Assembly (NCBI GenBank): GCA_964512695.1
Contig: CAZEJU010000001.1
Location: 7,803 to 71,802, forward strand
Origin: an uncultured Gammaproteobacteria bacterium
GTDB taxonomy: Bacteria > Patescibacteriota > Microgenomatia > Levybacterales > UBA12049
Reading direction: 5' to 3'
Length of the DNA stretch: 64,000 nt
The position numbers and the translations under genes were made by a program. The notes under the pieces are model-generated. The model worked only from the letters and a program-made list of their open reading frames with translations, made no database searches and was not told the origin of the DNA. Positions 43,198-52,710 of this stretch are shown in pieces (position 1 is the stretch's first letter; each line of letters begins with the position of its first letter).

Positions 43198-44937
43198 ATG
43201 GATAATAACGAAAAATTACAAAACTTACGACACTCAACAGCGCATTTACTTGCGGCTGCAGTCATGGAATTATGGCCTGATACGAAAAGAACAATAGGTC
43301 CTGCGATAGAAACTGGATTTTACTATGACTTCGATTTCGTAAAACCAATCTCAGTGGAAGACCTTCCTAAAATCGAACAAAAAATGCGGGAAATTCTTAA
43401 GTCATGGACAGGATTTATCAAAGAAGAAGTCTCAATAGAAGAAGCAAAAAAGAAAGTAGCAGGAAATGAATATAAACTCGAACTTATAGAAGAATTCGCG
43501 AAAGATAATAAAACCCTTACATTCTATACATCAGGTAATTATGAAGATTTATGTAAAGGCGGTCATGTAGAAAATCCAAAAATGGAAATCGGAGCATTTA
43601 AACTCCTCTCTCTCGCAGGCGCGTACTGGCGGGGAGACGAGAAAAACAAGATGTTAACTCGCATCTATGGTACTGCTTTTCCGACGAAACAAGAATTAGA
43701 AGAGTACCTAACCATGCTTGAGGAAGCGAAAAAACGAGACCATAAAAAATTGGGGAAGGAACTAGATCTCTTTATTTTTTCTCCTCTTGTAGGAGGGGGA
43801 CTTGCACTCTGGACACCCCGGGGGACAATTATTCGTGAAGAATTAGATAATTTTATTTGGCATATAAGAAAAAAGTTCGGTTATCAGAAAGTAACAATTC
43901 CTCATATTACAAAAAAAGATCTCTATGAGACATCCGGACACTGGGAAAAATTTGCAAATGAACTATTTAAAATCCAAACCCGTGAAGAAGATTTATTTGC
44001 GATGAAGCCTATGAATTGTCCTCACCATACACAACTCTACGCTTATAAACCTCGAAGCTACCGAGAGTTGCCACTACGTTATTCAGAAACAACTATGTGC
44101 TATAGAGACGAGCAAAGCGGAGAACTAGCTGGTTTATCCCGAGTTCGTGCTTTTACACAAGACGATGCGCATGTTTTTCTCAGAAAATCGCAAATAGAAG
44201 AAGAATTCTTACGAACTTGGGATATCGTAGATGATTTCTATAAAACTTTTGGCTTTGAGCTGAGAGTAAGGCTCTCACTTCATGATCCTGAACATATGGA
44301 AAAGTATCTAGGCGATGCGGGAATTTGGAAGGATGCTGAATCAAAAATTCGGGCGGTAGCAGAAAAAAGAAAAGCTAATACTTTTGAAGGAATTGGTGAA
44401 GCTGCAATGTATGGACCTAAACTAGACTTTATGACAAAAGATGCTCTTGGACGTGAATGGCAAGTAGCTACCATTCAACTTGATTTAAATCAACCAAAAC
44501 GCTTTGGCTTAACATGTATTAATGAAGAAGGAAAACAAGAAGACATCGTCATGATGCATTGTGCGGTTATGGGATCAATCGAAAGATTTGCTTCGATTTT
44601 AATCGAACATTACGCGGGAGCATTTCCACTCTGGCTTGCGCCAGTTCAAATCGAACTTTTACCAATAGCTGATCGCCATACAGAATATGCCCAATCAGTG
44701 TATAATCAGCTATCTGCAGCCAATATTCGTGTAAATCTTAATACCGAAAAAGCAACACTCCAGGCAAAAATACGTGAGGCTACTTTACAAAAAGTACCAT
44801 TTATGGGTATAATAGGCGATAAGGAAATTGCTGCAGAAGCGATTTCAGTCCGAACAAGAGAAGGAAAAGATGTCGGCCAACAACAGGTTGGTACATTTAT
44901 AACGGAGTTACAGGAAAAAATTGATAAAAAAGAATAG
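43198..44937 (+). CDS. thrS: Threonyl-tRNA synthetase (no N-terminal TGS domain)
   Basis: HSTAHLLAAAV editing-domain motif, class II motifs (..FRDEQSGELAGLSRVRAFTQDDAH.., ..GSIERF..) and an anticodon-binding C-terminus. TATAGT sits 7 nt before the ATG and there is no SD. Confidence 0.9.
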   Translation: MDNNEKLQNLRHSTAHLLAAAVMELWPDTKRTIGPAIETGFYYDFDFVKPISVEDLPKIEQKMREILKSWTGFIKEEVSIEEAKKKVAGNEYKLELIEEFAKDNKTLTFYTSGNYEDLCKGGHVENPKMEIGAFKLLSLAGAYWRGDEKNKMLTRIYGTAFPTKQELEEYLTMLEEAKKRDHKKLGKELDLFIFSPLVGGGLALWTPRGTIIREELDNFIWHIRKKFGYQKVTIPHITKKDLYETSGHWEKFANELFKIQTREEDLFAMKPMNCPHHTQLYAYKPRSYRELPLRYSETTMCYRDEQSGELAGLSRVRAFTQDDAHVFLRKSQIEEEFLRTWDIVDDFYKTFGFELRVRLSLHDPEHMEKYLGDAGIWKDAESKIRAVAEKRKANTFEGIGEAAMYGPKLDFMTKDALGREWQVATIQLDLNQPKRFGLTCINEEGKQEDIVMMHCAVMGSIERFASILIEHYAGAFPLWLAPVQIELLPIADRHTEYAQSVYNQLSAANIRVNLNTEKATLQAKIREATLQKVPFMGIIGDKEIAAEAISVRTREGKDVGQQQVGTFITELQEKIDKKE

Positions 44938-45502
44938 ATATCAACAAGAAAATAAAAAGTTTTATCGGACGAATGAGCGGATATTCGCACAAACGCTCAG
45001 GGTTGTCGATTCTGAGGGAAAGCAAATAGGTGTTTTCTCCAAACAAGAAGCGTTAGAAAAAGCGCGAGAAGAAGAGTTAGACCTTGTTGAAATAGCGCCA
45101 CAAGCGCAACCACCTGTAGCAAAAATCATAGATTTCCGAAAATTCCTCTATCAAGAAGAAAAAAAGAAAAAAGAAGAGAAAAAGAAAGCTAAAACCAGTG
45201 ATACAAAAGAAGTTCGACTCGGTCCTTTCATGTCTGACAACGATTTACAGGTCATGATAAACCGATGTAGAGATTTCCTAACAGAAGGAGATAAAGTACG
45301 ATTAGTCGTTAAGTTTCGAGGAAGACAAGTTACTCGATCAGATTTCGGTTTCGGTGTCGTCAAAAAAGTGATAGCAGCCGTTAACGATATTTCAAAAGTC
45401 GATAAAGATGCAAAAATGGAGGGGAGACAAATAGTAGCCGTTCTCTCTCCAGAAAGGAAAAAACAACATGGGCAAGATCAAAGTGAGAAAATCAGCAGCT
45501 AA
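44921..45502 (+). CDS. infC: Translation initiation factor IF-3
   Basis: ..NERIFAQTLRVVDSEGKQIGVFSKQEALEKAREEELDLVEIAPQAQPPVAKIIDF... The start codon is uncertain (non-ATG, overlapping the thrS end), as is usual for infC. Confidence 0.8.
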   Translation: MIKKNRYQQENKKFYRTNERIFAQTLRVVDSEGKQIGVFSKQEALEKAREEELDLVEIAPQAQPPVAKIIDFRKFLYQEEKKKKEEKKKAKTSDTKEVRLGPFMSDNDLQVMINRCRDFLTEGDKVRLVVKFRGRQVTRSDFGFGVVKKVIAAVNDISKVDKDAKMEGRQIVAVLSPERKKQHGQDQSEKISS

Positions 45503-45665
45503 ACGTTTTAAAGTTACAAAAACAGGTAAAGTCATGCATGGTTCACAATATAGTAGTCATTTAAAACTACATAAGTCAAAAAGACGACTACGACGACAAA
45601 AAGAACCAACTGCATTAACAGGTGAATTTGCAAAGAAAATTAAAAGAATGCTCGCAGTGGGGTAA
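45468..45665 (+). CDS. rpmI: Ribosomal protein L35
   Basis: MGKIKVRKSAAKRFKVTKTGKVMH.. Confidence 0.9.
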   Translation: MGKIKVRKSAAKRFKVTKTGKVMHGSQYSSHLKLHKSKRRLRRQKEPTALTGEFAKKIKRMLAVG

Positions 45666-45737
45666 CGATTTTCACTGATCAGAAGCGGATTAACACGGAT
45701 CCGCGAAAATCTGTATAGAATCCGTGTAAATCATAAC

Positions 45738-46085
45738 ATGAGAATAAAAAGAGGGATGGTATCCCGAAGAAAACACAACAAACTATTAGGATTAACCAAA
45801 GGGTATCGTGGAACGAAAAGTAAACTCATAAAAGTGGCTCACGAAGCTGCGCTACATGCTGGCGCATACGCATTCCACGGTAGGAAACTTCGTAAACAGA
45901 ATTTCCGATCACTCTGGACTGTCCGTATAAGCGAGGCTTTAAAAACTGAAGACATGTCTTACAGTGTATTCATCAATAAATTAAAAAAGGCCAACATCAC
46001 ACTTGATAGAAAAATTCTCAGTGATCTCGTCGTAAACGATCCAGCCACATTTAAACACATTGTCAATTCGGTAAAAACAGAATAA
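45738..46085 (+). CDS. rplT: Ribosomal protein L20
   Basis: MRIKRGMVSRRKHNKLLGLTKGYRG.. Confidence 0.9.
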   Translation: MRIKRGMVSRRKHNKLLGLTKGYRGTKSKLIKVAHEAALHAGAYAFHGRKLRKQNFRSLWTVRISEALKTEDMSYSVFINKLKKANITLDRKILSDLVVNDPATFKHIVNSVKTE

Positions 46086-46086
46086 A

Positions 46087-46189
46087 CTCCCATTCTCCAT
46101 TGTCCATCTTCCATTTACCATTTATTCTCATTTATCTCATTTTTTGAATTTATTCTTTTCAATGGAAATGATACCTGGAAAATGGAAAA
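46087..46189. repeat. Heptamer-periodic inverted repeat pair with no cargo (long hairpin between rplT and pheS)
   Basis: Left: CTCCCAT TCTCCAT TGTCCAT CTTCCAT TTACCAT. Right: ATGGAAA TGATACC TGGAAAA TGGAAAA, which is near-identical to 14058..14085. Confidence 0.75.
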
Positions 46190-46211
46190 TAAGTATGTTA
46201 TCCTTAAGCCT

Positions 46212-47315
46212 ATGGAAGAGCGATTATTAACAATAAAAAATAATGCACTACCTCTCATATTCGATGCTGAATCACTTAAGGAACTTGAAGCAGCAAGGAT
46301 TCAGATTTTAGGAAAAAATGGAACATTAACTCTTATAATGAAGGAAATAGCGAAAGCTGATCCAGAAGACCGGCCGAGATTCGGAAAGGCAGCAAATGAA
46401 ATAAAAAGTGTTCTTGAAAATGCAATCTCTGAAAAATTATCAGACCTCAACCGTCAGCAGACAGATCAATTCTCCAGCAAAAAAGTAAAATTGGATGTCA
46501 CAGAACCTGGAATCCGGCCGCAGTTAGGGCATCTCCATCTTATTACACAAGCAATTTATGAAATTACTACTATTTTTGAGAAAATAGGTTTTACACGTGT
46601 CCGATACCCTGAAGTAGAGTGGGATTGGTTTGCATTCGAGGCATTAAACTTTCCTGAAAACCACCCAGCCAGGGATGACTGGGAAACTTTTTTTATAAAA
46701 GAAAAACCAGATCCCAAACTCGGTCCTATGCTACTTACTCCACACACCTCATCAGGACAAGTAAGAGAAATGCAAAAACACATGGAACAAAAGTTAAAAG
46801 TCAAAAGTCAAAAGTCAAAAGTTCAAGAAAATGAAGTTAACACAATTAATATTAAAATGTTAAATATTGCGAAGTGTTATCGCCGTCAATCTGATGTATC
46901 CCATACACCTATGTTTCACCAGTTCGAAGGATTGGTCGTAGGAAAGGATATAGCAATTACACATCTAAAAGGAACTTTGGATTACTTCGTAAGATCATAT
47001 TTCGGAGAGAATAGGAAAGCCCGTATTCGACCCTATCATTTTCAATTCACTGAACCTTCATTCGAAGTTGATGTTTCATGTGGGGTTTGTAATGGTAACG
47101 GATGCAGATTATGTAAAGCTGGATGGCTGGAGATGGGCGGAGCAGGTATGGTACACCCTAATGTACTAAAAGCTGGAGGAATAGACCCTAAAGAATATAC
47201 TGGTTTCGCGTTCGGATGGGGAGTAGAAAGAGTACTGATGATGAAAGAAGGAATTGAAATAGATGATTTACGATTGCTGTATTCGAATAAACTAGAATTT
47301 CTTGAACAGTTCTAA
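46212..47315 (+). CDS. pheS: Phenylalanyl-tRNA synthetase alpha subunit
   Basis: ..LTPHTSSGQVREM.., ..CYRRQSDVSHTPMFHQFEGLVV.., ..GFAFGWGVERVLM... Start set at the ATG at 46212, outside the repeat. Contains an in-frame (AAAAGTY)x5 array. Confidence 0.9.
   Translation: MEERLLTIKNNALPLIFDAESLKELEAARIQILGKNGTLTLIMKEIAKADPEDRPRFGKAANEIKSVLENAISEKLSDLNRQQTDQFSSKKVKLDVTEPGIRPQLGHLHLITQAIYEITTIFEKIGFTRVRYPEVEWDWFAFEALNFPENHPARDDWETFFIKEKPDPKLGPMLLTPHTSSGQVREMQKHMEQKLKVKSQKSKVQENEVNTINIKMLNIAKCYRRQSDVSHTPMFHQFEGLVVGKDIAITHLKGTLDYFVRSYFGENRKARIRPYHFQFTEPSFEVDVSCGVCNGNGCRLCKAGWLEMGGAGMVHPNVLKAGGIDPKEYTGFAFGWGVERVLMMKEGIEIDDLRLLYSNKLEFLEQF
46789..46823 (+). repeat. Five tandem heptamers (AAAAGTT AAAAGTC x3 AAAAGTT) inside the pheS coding sequence
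   Basis: Read directly. Encodes ..KLKVKSQKSKVQ.. in a loop between conserved PheS motifs. The same heptamer, as its reverse complement TTTTGAC, occurs in the T-box leader at 56186..56220. Confidence 0.85.
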
Positions 47316-47383
47316 TAAAAATCCTACATCACAAGTGATTGAGTTAGGACTCATAAATGATAACTTTTTAACTATTATAAATT

Positions 47384-49372
47384 ATGAATATTAAAATACT
47401 TGATTCTTGGTTACGGGAGTATGTAAAAACAGATGCGACACCGCAAAAAATCGCTGAGGTTATGTCCTTAACAAGTGTCTCAATAGAAAAAATTGAGAAA
47501 TGGGAAAATGATTATGCCTATGATATTGAAGTAACGACAAACAGACCAGATTTAATGTCTGTAACTGGCTTAGCCAGAGAAGCAGCAGCTGTATTACCAC
47601 ACTTCGGAATACCAGCAACTTTTGAACAACTACATCTGCAGCGTCATCCTGATAAAGCGGCAATCCAAGATAGAATCTCGTCTTCACTCCAGCATGACAA
47701 CAAGGTCAAGTTTGAAATTGAAAACAATCCGGAACTGGTCAATAGAGTGAGTGGCGTTGTGATGGAAGTACAAGTTAAAGATACCCCCAAAGATATTAAA
47801 AAGAGATTGGAAGCTTCAGGAATACGCAGTCTAAATAACCTTATCGATATTACAAATTATGTTATGAGAGTCATCGGACACCCTACGCATGTTTTCGATT
47901 ATGACCGGTTACAATCTCAAAAACTCCGCATTCGGGAATCGAAAAAAGGAGAAAAGATAATAACGCTAGATGGAAAAACATATGAACTACCAGGAGGGGA
48001 CATCATCGCAGTCGATGAAAAGGGAAGAATAGTAGATCTCCTCGGTATCATGGGGCTCGAAAATAGCGTGGTAACTGACGAAACGAAAAGAATTTTATTC
48101 TTCATCGATAATAATGACCCTGAAAGAATGAGAAAAACATCTATGACTTTAGGGATACGTTCTGAAGCAGTACAGCTAAATGAAAAAGCGATTGATCCTC
48201 ATTTAATAGAAGATGCTCTGTATTATGGAATATCCCTGTATGAACAATTCGCAGATGGGAAAATTATCTCAAATATTTTCGATCACTTTCCCAACCAATA
48301 TAAAAAAAAGGTTCTGATCGTTAGTGAAAATCTTATTAATACAGTAATTGGTATTGAAATACCTTTAAATCAAGCTGCTACAATAGTAACTTCTTTAGGA
48401 TTCGATGTAAAAATAGGTAAAGATATTCTTGATATCACCGTACCTTCATTCCGATATAACGATATCAATAATGAAGAAGATATCATCGAGGAAATAGCGC
48501 GTATTTATGGCTACCATAAAATACCATCTGCTTTGCCACCCCTTTCTCCCAGCAATCTAGCTCATTATACAAATGAATTCTACTGGGAACAGCGAATCAA
48601 AGACGCGTTTAAATATTGGGGTTTTTCTGAAGTATATACCTATTCGATGGTAGGAGAAAATCTTTTCGAGGGCGAGTTATCAGAGGCTGTTACTATTCAG
48701 AATCCGCTTACAGAAGATATGGTCTATATGCGGAAAACTCTCATTCCGAATCTTCTACAAGTTATTCACGAAAACAAAACTAGAGAAGAAATTAAAATAT
48801 TCGAAATAGCAAATATTTACAGAAAACAAATAAACAGTTTGCCTCACGAAAAACTACACTTGGCAGGAATCATGAAAAAACCTAATGTTTCTTTCTTCGA
48901 AGTAAAAGGATTATTCGAACAGCTAGCAGAAGATCTTGGAATTAATGGATTAAAATTTAAAGCAATTGATAACGGTAGTACAGGTGCAGAAATATATATA
49001 CATTCAGAAAGAATTGGAGATATTGAAATACTTGATGCGCAAGTCATTGATTTCGAAATAGACTTCGGATTACTTATAGAACATGCTACCGCGAAAAAAA
49101 CCTACGAACCACTCGCGAAGTATCCACCAATAATTGAAGATATGGCTTTTCTACTACCTGATACAGTTTCAATTGGAGAAATAATTGAAACCATAAAAGC
49201 TCAGAATCAACTTATTAAAACAGTAACATTATTGGATAAATACAAAGATACCAGAACCTTTAGAATAACCTACCAAAACCCAGAGAAAAATTTAACATCA
49301 GAAGATGTAACACCAGTACGAGAAAAAATCGAAAAAGTTTTAAAAGAGAAACTTCAAATTCAACTGAAATAA
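47384..49372 (+). CDS. pheT: Phenylalanyl-tRNA synthetase beta subunit (short form)
   Basis: B3/4 domain (..TNRPDLMSVTGLAREAAA..), B5 domain, and a C-terminal ferredoxin-fold anticodon-binding domain. At 662 aa it lacks the usual N-terminal OB-fold tRNA-binding domain. Confidence 0.85.
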   Translation: MNIKILDSWLREYVKTDATPQKIAEVMSLTSVSIEKIEKWENDYAYDIEVTTNRPDLMSVTGLAREAAAVLPHFGIPATFEQLHLQRHPDKAAIQDRISSSLQHDNKVKFEIENNPELVNRVSGVVMEVQVKDTPKDIKKRLEASGIRSLNNLIDITNYVMRVIGHPTHVFDYDRLQSQKLRIRESKKGEKIITLDGKTYELPGGDIIAVDEKGRIVDLLGIMGLENSVVTDETKRILFFIDNNDPERMRKTSMTLGIRSEAVQLNEKAIDPHLIEDALYYGISLYEQFADGKIISNIFDHFPNQYKKKVLIVSENLINTVIGIEIPLNQAATIVTSLGFDVKIGKDILDITVPSFRYNDINNEEDIIEEIARIYGYHKIPSALPPLSPSNLAHYTNEFYWEQRIKDAFKYWGFSEVYTYSMVGENLFEGELSEAVTIQNPLTEDMVYMRKTLIPNLLQVIHENKTREEIKIFEIANIYRKQINSLPHEKLHLAGIMKKPNVSFFEVKGLFEQLAEDLGINGLKFKAIDNGSTGAEIYIHSERIGDIEILDAQVIDFEIDFGLLIEHATAKKTYEPLAKYPPIIEDMAFLLPDTVSIGEIIETIKAQNQLIKTVTLLDKYKDTRTFRITYQNPEKNLTSEDVTPVREKIEKVLKEKLQIQLK

Positions 49373-49450
49373 TAAAGAAAGTTATTCAAAACCACTTGCG
49401 TATGGTTTAGTCCCAAAACTGAAATATTTCTTTCTCTCTCCGACCAGTAT

Positions 49451-51802
49451 TCATGTAGGAGAAGGGGCATCACTAGGAGGGATAGTCGGTGTAGGTGTTT
49501 GTTCTTCTTTCTTTTCCTCCTCCTTCTTCTCTTCCTTTTTCACTTCCAGAATATCACCTGGAGGATGATATTTCTTATCATCTTTATGGGACTGTTCTAT
49601 CCATGCGTTGATACCTTCTTGCCAACGGTTTTTTCCATCATTTGAGGTAAAATCATCTTCACGGAAAACGAAGTAATCCTGACCATCTTTGTTCTGAAAA
49701 ACACGAGATTTCGTGGTAGGTTCTGTTCCTTTTACGAAATATTCAGTACGTGCCTGTAAACCATCTGTAGCCAATCCTCCAGCTAATGTGTCTACTTGTA
49801 CTGCTATGACATTATCTGGTTTTTTAAATTCCTCATTTGGTTTATCTTTTAAAGCCAATTTCATTAATTTGTTCCAGATAGAAGAAGCGCCTGTCGTTCC
49901 TGAAGCTATAGTGGGATTCATAGCACTATTATCGTTATTTCCTACCCATACACCTACTACGAAAGATGGGGTGTAACCCACAGTCCAGTTATCGCGTTTT
50001 TCGTCAGTAGTACCAGTTTTAACTGCAACAGTTTTTCCAGGAATGACGAGCAGCGAATTAGCACCGAACTCCTGTACACGGGCGTTATTATCAAGCAATA
50101 TATGAGAAATGATATAGCTAATCTCTTCTGATAATACTCGGGAACCTTCACGATTTTTATGTTCAAAAAGAATCTTCCCTTTAACATCTTTTACGTTTAT
50201 GAACGATATCAAATCTTTTCTAACTCCACTATTTGCGAAAACACCATATGCTTTTACTTCATCAAGTAATGATGTTTCTCTTCCTCCCAGAACTAACGAA
50301 TAGCCAACATTCTTCATAGTCTCCGTAGTAGGTTCCCAATTTTCTATACCCATTTCATACCCTTTTTGCATTGCGTCTTTTAGACCTACCATAGCAAGCA
50401 TCTTAACGGCAGGGATATTAAGAGAATTTCCTAAAGCGAAACGCATTTGAACAGGACCTTGGAATTTACCGCTATAGTTATTCGGCAGGTATGAATTCTC
50501 ATTTTCATTTGCTCGAAATTCTGTCTTTACATCCATAAACATGGTAGCTGCGGTATATCCTTTTTCTAAACCTTTAGCATAAATAATGGGCTTTAGTGAA
50601 GAGCCAGGTTGTCGTTTACCGATAGCGGCATTAAAATTCGGCTCGAAAACGCAATTCTTTCCCGGAGTACAACCTTCCGGAAGAGGATCGCTAAAATAGT
50701 CTTTACTTCCTACCATAGCAAGAATCTCTCCTGTTTTCGGATTTGTAATCACAGCTGAACCATTACCCACCTTATACTTCTCTAAATTATCAATCTCATC
50801 CTTTAAAATCTCTTGTGCTTCAGTTTGTAGCTTATAATCAAGAGTCGTAGTTACTTGTAAACCACCACGTTCCACCATCTGTTCACCGAACTGCCGCGCA
50901 AGTTGTTCTTTCACATACAAAACGAAGTGGGGGGCTTTAATCGTAGTATCCCGCTGAGAAAAAGTCATTTTCTCAATTTTTTTAATTGTCTCATCTGACT
51001 GTTTCTGTGTGATATATTTATTAGCTACCATTTGCTTTAAGACTGCTTTTGAACGGTCTATATAAAATTTATTACCAGTAAGCGGAGAATAAATGCTCGG
51101 ATTTTGAGGTAAACCTGCCATAAAAACAGACTCTGCTAAGGTTAAATCTTTCGCTGATTTATTAAAATACATTTGCGCTGCTGCCTCAACACCGACCGAG
51201 GTACCACCATAACCGATGTTATTTAGATACATCTCGAGAATCTGGTCTTTACTGAATTTGCTATCTACCTGAATAGCCAAAATTAACTCTTTAATCTTAC
51301 GAGGTAAACTTCTTTCGCTAGAAAGAAGAACATTCTTAACTAACTGTTGCGTAATACTCGAAGCACCGATTGCACGTCTTTTAAAAACGAGATTATATGC
51401 TATTCTCAAAGGACCCATAGGATCAAATCCTTTATTTTTATAGAAGTTTTCATCTTCTATAGCTACAGTAGCATTGCGGAGATTTTTCGCGATGTTATCT
51501 ATCGTGACATATGTCCTGTTTTGTTCAGCGTATACGGAATAGAGTAACTCGCCATTTCTGTCATAAATTCTCGTAGCATCTGAATATTTCGATTCAGCTA
51601 TCTTTCCTGGCTGCGGTAATTGGAAACTATAGTAAACGAAAAGACCCGCCACAAATATAATTCCAGCGATCACTGCAAAGAGAAGATACTTCATAAGCTT
51701 ATTAACAGTGATAACATCGAGAAGTTTTATTTTCCTTTTTGGAAAGCGAGATCTAAAGCGGTTAATCGCCCGGAGATTCCTTCTTCGTGACCGATAATCC
51801 AT
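49451..51802 (-). CDS. Class A penicillin-binding protein (glycosyltransferase + transpeptidase)
   Basis: GT51 motifs (AIEDENFYKNKGFD, GASSITQQLVKN, RKIKELILA), transpeptidase SxxK (GSSLKP) and KTGTT. Pro/Glu/Lys-rich C-terminal tail. Confidence 0.85.
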   Translation of the reverse strand: MDYRSRRRNLRAINRFRSRFPKRKIKLLDVITVNKLMKYLLFAVIAGIIFVAGLFVYYSFQLPQPGKIAESKYSDATRIYDRNGELLYSVYAEQNRTYVTIDNIAKNLRNATVAIEDENFYKNKGFDPMGPLRIAYNLVFKRRAIGASSITQQLVKNVLLSSERSLPRKIKELILAIQVDSKFSKDQILEMYLNNIGYGGTSVGVEAAAQMYFNKSAKDLTLAESVFMAGLPQNPSIYSPLTGNKFYIDRSKAVLKQMVANKYITQKQSDETIKKIEKMTFSQRDTTIKAPHFVLYVKEQLARQFGEQMVERGGLQVTTTLDYKLQTEAQEILKDEIDNLEKYKVGNGSAVITNPKTGEILAMVGSKDYFSDPLPEGCTPGKNCVFEPNFNAAIGKRQPGSSLKPIIYAKGLEKGYTAATMFMDVKTEFRANENENSYLPNNYSGKFQGPVQMRFALGNSLNIPAVKMLAMVGLKDAMQKGYEMGIENWEPTTETMKNVGYSLVLGGRETSLLDEVKAYGVFANSGVRKDLISFINVKDVKGKILFEHKNREGSRVLSEEISYIISHILLDNNARVQEFGANSLLVIPGKTVAVKTGTTDEKRDNWTVGYTPSFVVGVWVGNNDNSAMNPTIASGTTGASSIWNKLMKLALKDKPNEEFKKPDNVIAVQVDTLAGGLATDGLQARTEYFVKGTEPTTKSRVFQNKDGQDYFVFREDDFTSNDGKNRWQEGINAWIEQSHKDDKKYHPPGDILEVKKEEKKEEEKKEEQTPTPTIPPSDAPSPT

Positions 51803-51869
51803 ATATCACCTACAGTATAACAAAAATAGTACCCGCGAGGCAAAATCTACGGAGTGATATACTTCAGGT

Positions 51870-52526
51870 ATGGAAGAAAAATATTTTAAAGCATTCAAAG
51901 AAAAAAGAGATAAACAATTAGAAAACCTGCAACCTGAAGATGTTATTCCTTTTGACTTCACACCAATTCCTACAAGCTATTCACTGATTCTTCGACCTGA
52001 TCAAGGAACGTATATGAAACTTTCCGCATTACAAGACGAACTGAAAATTATAGATAATGATCAATATTATTATCCTAAGGATAGACTCCACCTAACACTT
52101 ATTGGTGGATTTTCAAGTGCTTTAAACGAAGAATTGATTGTTACAGCGATTAGAGATTCGTTATCTAAATATAATCCTATACGTTTTACGTTAGGAGTTA
52201 TCGCAAGTAACCAGTATTGTTCGTCAGTTTCAGCATTGCCAATTAGTTTTTCACTACATGATTTCCGAGAAGAAATCCGAGCAAAAGTTGGAGAAAACGG
52301 AGATGATTATTACCAGCATGTTTTTTACTATGAATATGTAGGATGGATAAACTATTTGCGTTATCTAAAGCAGCCTAAAGAAGCATTACTTAATGCATTA
52401 AGAGAAAAAAAAGAATATTCGGTTGGTGAGATGACTCCATCATCAATTAGCTTATTTAAAACTTCTAGCAGAATATTACATCCTAAAGAAACAACCATAA
52501 TTCATGAATTTGATGTCTATGCATAA
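51870..52526 (+). CDS. Hypothetical protein (possible 2H-phosphoesterase/LigT-like)
   Basis: One H-x-T-x motif (RLHLTLIG). A second is not evident. Confidence 0.25.
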   Translation: MEEKYFKAFKEKRDKQLENLQPEDVIPFDFTPIPTSYSLILRPDQGTYMKLSALQDELKIIDNDQYYYPKDRLHLTLIGGFSSALNEELIVTAIRDSLSKYNPIRFTLGVIASNQYCSSVSALPISFSLHDFREEIRAKVGENGDDYYQHVFYYEYVGWINYLRYLKQPKEALLNALREKKEYSVGEMTPSSISLFKTSSRILHPKETTIIHEFDVYA

Positions 52527-52710
52527 GTTCCGATATATATTAGGCCTAATGATAAAAGTTGTACGGAACGACCGTGGATATAATGTACTTACTATTACTA
52601 AACCTGAGAGTAGGGAATCACATGAAACTAAAAAGAAAAATTACCTCGTAACAAACTTGCGTTGCACAAAGATAACTTCATTAATAATATATTCAATACT
52701 TATTTTGCGA

